Part shown: in pieces, positions 61,673-64,000 of the stretch
Layout of the letters: each line of letters starts with the position of its first letter
How positions within the stretch are numbered: the stretch's first letter is position 1
From: Saprospiraceae bacterium
GTDB lineage: Bacteria > Bacteroidota > Bacteroidia > Chitinophagales > Saprospiraceae
Length of the DNA: 64,000 nucleotides
Assembly: GCA_041736625.1 (NCBI GenBank)
Contig: JBGSTG010000137.1
Location: forward strand, 36,896-100,895
Reading direction: 5' to 3'
Translations under genes and position numbers: made by a program
The notes under the pieces: model-generated
The model's database searches: none
What the model saw: the letters and a program-made list of their open reading frames with translations, nothing else
What the model was told of the DNA's origin: nothing

Positions 61673-63871
61673 TTACAAGCGCACCACCACCATGCCCGTT
61701 ACCCCCAAACCGTCGCTGGGCCAGACCCCGGGGCCGGGGTAAGTGGTCGGCCGTTTGGTAAAGTAAGACACATTGGCAAGGTTGCTGACCGTCAGCTGGA
61801 ACCGGAGGTGGGCGTTGATTGTGGCGCCGAAATGGGCGTCCCAGAGCGAATAAGCCGGCACAATCCCACGGGAACCGTTTGCCGTGGGCTTCTCCTTGTT
61901 GAGGGCGTCGGAGTAGGTTTTATCTACAAAACTGTACTGCACAGCGGCGCTGAAACGACGCCAGTAAGCTTGAACACCGTTGCGGGAGGTCCAGTACGGC
62001 ACACTTTCGAGGTGATTTAATGTGATATCCCAATTTTCGGTACCCGAAGCCAGTTGGCCTTCCGTGTAGCGCCCGTTCATGATGGCGGTGGCGGTAAAGA
62101 CGGACACCCCGGCGTTATTGGCCCTGAAGAGGGTCGCTTCGGCGTAAAGTTCCAGGCCATCGGTCCGGCTGTCGCCGATGTTGGTTCTCAGGAACCGGGT
62201 GACGCCGTCGGTGTCTTCGAACGCCTGTTGCCCGATGCGGTCGTTGTACTGCACGCGGAACAGGGTGGCGTTCACCTTCAGGCGGTCTTCCCACAGGCTG
62301 GTACGCACGCCCAGTTCTGCGTTGTAGCCGTAGGAGTCGTTCAGATTGGGGTCTACCCTTTCCAGGTCGTTTGCCGGGATGAACTCGGCCATGATGACCG
62401 GGCGGTACGCCTGGGAAAGGCCTCCGTAGAGGCGGGTCTTTTTACCCACCTGGTAATCGAAGCTGCAGCCCAGCAGCACAAATTCGTGCTGCACATCCGA
62501 CGGAATCTGTTCGGGTGGCAGGGCGCGGATGACGCCGGTCATCTCCGTCAGCCCCTTTTCCAGGCGTATGCCGGGGGAAACGCTGAACCGGGGCGTGATG
62601 TAGAGCAGGTTTTCCACAAAAGCGGCGATGTTATTGGTGCGGTAGTGCAGGTCACGCCCCCAGTTCGGATCCACCAGGGTGAGGTCATAATCGCTGCCGG
62701 TGGTGCCCTTGCCGAGCTGGCGTCGGTGCAGGTCATTGTGGATGATTCGCACCCCGCCGGACACGGCCGACTGCATGCGCCCGAGGGTGTACCGGTGCAG
62801 GATTCGCACCTCGGAGGTGGTGCTGTTGAAGCGGTCGATGTCCACCTGCCGGTTGGCGTATTCGCCGGTTTGCGGATTGATGGTGTCGCGCCAGTCGACG
62901 GTTCCAATAAACTGGACGCTGTTTCGGTCTCCGGTGAGGTGCTGGATGGTCCAGTTCAGGTCGGTATTGGAGCCGAGCTGCGCGTCGAGGGTCAGGGAAG
63001 GAATGATGATGTCGGGGCTGTAGTGGTTGCGCGAGCGGCTGGCCTGTCGGGGGTCGGCGGCGAACATGCTGTCGTTCAGCGGCCCTGGTATCTGGAACTG
63101 GTAGGTAGAGCGTGCCACCTCGCCTTTGATGCGCAGGTAGGGGTTGATCTGCCAGCTCAGGCTGCCGAACTGGGCTTCGGAGCTGGAGGAGCTGTTGTCG
63201 CGGTAACCGTCGCTGCTGCGCCGATAGTAGTACGTCTGCCAGGTGAGTTTGCCGTGGTGCCCGCCCAGGGCGTTGTAGGTGCTCAGCAAGCCGAAAGAAC
63301 CCGCCGCGCTTTGGTTCTCGAACGTGATGGGCCGGGTGGTGTCCGGTAGTTTAGTCACGTAGTTGACCATGCCGCCGAACATAGCGCCGTATTGCAGGGC
63401 GGCCGTGCCGCGCACGAGTTCGATGCGCTCGATCGACTCCAGGGGCGGGTTGTAATGGCTGGCCGGGTACCCATAGATGTCGGAGTTGAGCAGAATGCCG
63501 TTTTGGCGCACGTTCATGTCCCAACTCCGGTGCGGGTCAAGGCCGCGCAGGGAGAAGTTGATCTGGTTTCCCGAGCCGTCCATGTCGTAGGCAAATGTAC
63601 CCGGAATTTTGGCCATCACCTGGCGCACGGTTTTTTCCACTGTGTTGGCGGCGGCTTGGTCCATCTGAACAGTTTCCGTTCGCTTGCCGGCAAGGAGGTA
63701 GGTCTTGTAAACGTCCGGCAGGGGCTCCACCAGTCGGGCGGGCGATTTCCAGGCCGCTATGGTAACGGCTTTCAGGTTTTGGTTGGAAAGGGTGTCGACG
63801 CCCGTCGGGTTTTGGGCCTGCACGGCGATTACACTGGACAGAAAAGCGGCCGTTAGCGTGGGTCTCAGCAT
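61673..63871 (-). CDS. TonB-dependent outer-membrane receptor
   Basis: Signal peptide MLRPTLTAAFLSSVIAVQAQ (start 63871; the ORF opens at 63895). Plug-domain blocks: SLRGLDPHRS, IERIELVRGTAALQYGAMFGG. A long beta-barrel with aromatic-rich strands follows. Confidence 0.85.
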   Translation of the reverse strand: MLRPTLTAAFLSSVIAVQAQNPTGVDTLSNQNLKAVTIAAWKSPARLVEPLPDVYKTYLLAGKRTETVQMDQAAANTVEKTVRQVMAKIPGTFAYDMDGSGNQINFSLRGLDPHRSWDMNVRQNGILLNSDIYGYPASHYNPPLESIERIELVRGTAALQYGAMFGGMVNYVTKLPDTTRPITFENQSAAGSFGLLSTYNALGGHHGKLTWQTYYYRRSSDGYRDNSSSSSEAQFGSLSWQINPYLRIKGEVARSTYQFQIPGPLNDSMFAADPRQASRSRNHYSPDIIIPSLTLDAQLGSNTDLNWTIQHLTGDRNSVQFIGTVDWRDTINPQTGEYANRQVDIDRFNSTTSEVRILHRYTLGRMQSAVSGGVRIIHNDLHRRQLGKGTTGSDYDLTLVDPNWGRDLHYRTNNIAAFVENLLYITPRFSVSPGIRLEKGLTEMTGVIRALPPEQIPSDVQHEFVLLGCSFDYQVGKKTRLYGGLSQAYRPVIMAEFIPANDLERVDPNLNDSYGYNAELGVRTSLWEDRLKVNATLFRVQYNDRIGQQAFEDTDGVTRFLRTNIGDSRTDGLELYAEATLFRANNAGVSVFTATAIMNGRYTEGQLASGTENWDITLNHLESVPYWTSRNGVQAYWRRFSAAVQYSFVDKTYSDALNKEKPTANGSRGIVPAYSLWDAHFGATINAHLRFQLTVSNLANVSYFTKRPTTYPGPGVWPSDGLGVTGMVVVRL

Positions 63872-63893
63872 GATTATAAACAGTTGAGTTACC

Positions 63894-63930
63894 ATTCGTC
63901 CTACGAGTAAATTCGTAGGACGAATTTTTT
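63894..63930 (+). terminator. Perfect 13-bp hairpin with a T6 tail, located in the 5' leader of the TonB-dependent receptor gene
   Basis: ATTCGTCCTACGA (63894-63906), loop gtaaat, TCGTAGGACGAAT (63913-63925), then TTTTT on the plus strand. On the minus strand it is preceded by A6. Confidence 0.45.
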
Positions 63931-64000
63931 GCTGTAAAACGGCAAAAATAGCGCCTAAAACAGTCCGCCCGTGCGACCGGAAATTAAAATTGGCTTAAAC

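Noticed and set aside
59254-63349. ORFs 59254-59976, 60089-61039 and 62054-63349 opposite the porin, carbonic anhydrase and TonB receptor genes
   Set aside because: The reasoning is the same. The opposite strands encode proteins with signal peptides and family motifs, while these translations are Gly/Val/Ala/Arg-rich.
1-64000. rRNA, tRNA, tmRNA, RNase P, SRP RNA, integrase or prophage genes
   Set aside because: I inspected every intergenic gap longer than 40 nt. No cloverleaf-compatible sequence, conserved ncRNA box or phage/integrase-like ORF was seen. A covariance-model scan would still be needed to exclude small ncRNAs.

Overview
High-GC chromosomal window that looks like Bacteroidota. 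Evidence: four proteins end in T9SS C-terminal sorting domains, LepB is the long form, and S16 carries a C-terminal extension. It may be a marine Saprospiria or Cytophagia-like lineage, but that is a low-confidence guess. All calls come from reading the ORF translations and the DNA by eye; no database search was run, so domain boundaries are approximate.

Most of the window is housekeeping or cell-envelope genes: gyrA (5' partial), yggS, hemL, lysA, an M16 peptidase, an ECF sigma factor, pccB-like, rdgB, lepB, rpsP, yidD, an alpha-carbonic anhydrase and a TonB-dependent receptor.

Four regions deserve a second look:
1. 24.6-39.4 kb: a roughly 15 kb orphan lipid/NRPS gene cluster arranged as two convergent operons. 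It encodes a stand-alone FAAL, an ACP-FAAL-ACP protein, and a C-A-T NRPS module fused at its C-terminus to two KASIII (FabH)-like domains. The first KASIII domain keeps the Cys-His-Asn triad; the second has lost all three residues. The cluster also holds an HMGL-family synthase, a class-3 lipase, an extended SDR, a CPBP protease and an Sfp-type PPTase. There is no TE or R release domain. I do not recognise it as a characterised pathway, and it is my best candidate for a new system.
2. 9.0-20.3 kb: two giant convergent T9SS surface proteins whose stop codons overlap. One has nested higher-order repeats and a type-B CTD. The other starts with a thioredoxin-fold WCGPC domain.
3. 23161-23280: a palindrome built from tandem GAATGCG heptamers that exactly fills the gap between two convergent genes. 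A truncated RayT/IS200-like Y1 transposase fragment lies at 39550-39729.
4. 49647-50396: a DTE-motif proton-pumping rhodopsin with Met at the tuning position and Gly at the carotenoid-antenna position, sitting behind a conspicuously AT-rich leader.

No rRNA, tRNA or CRISPR array was found. Many long ORFs in the track are antisense or off-frame artefacts of the high GC content and were rejected.
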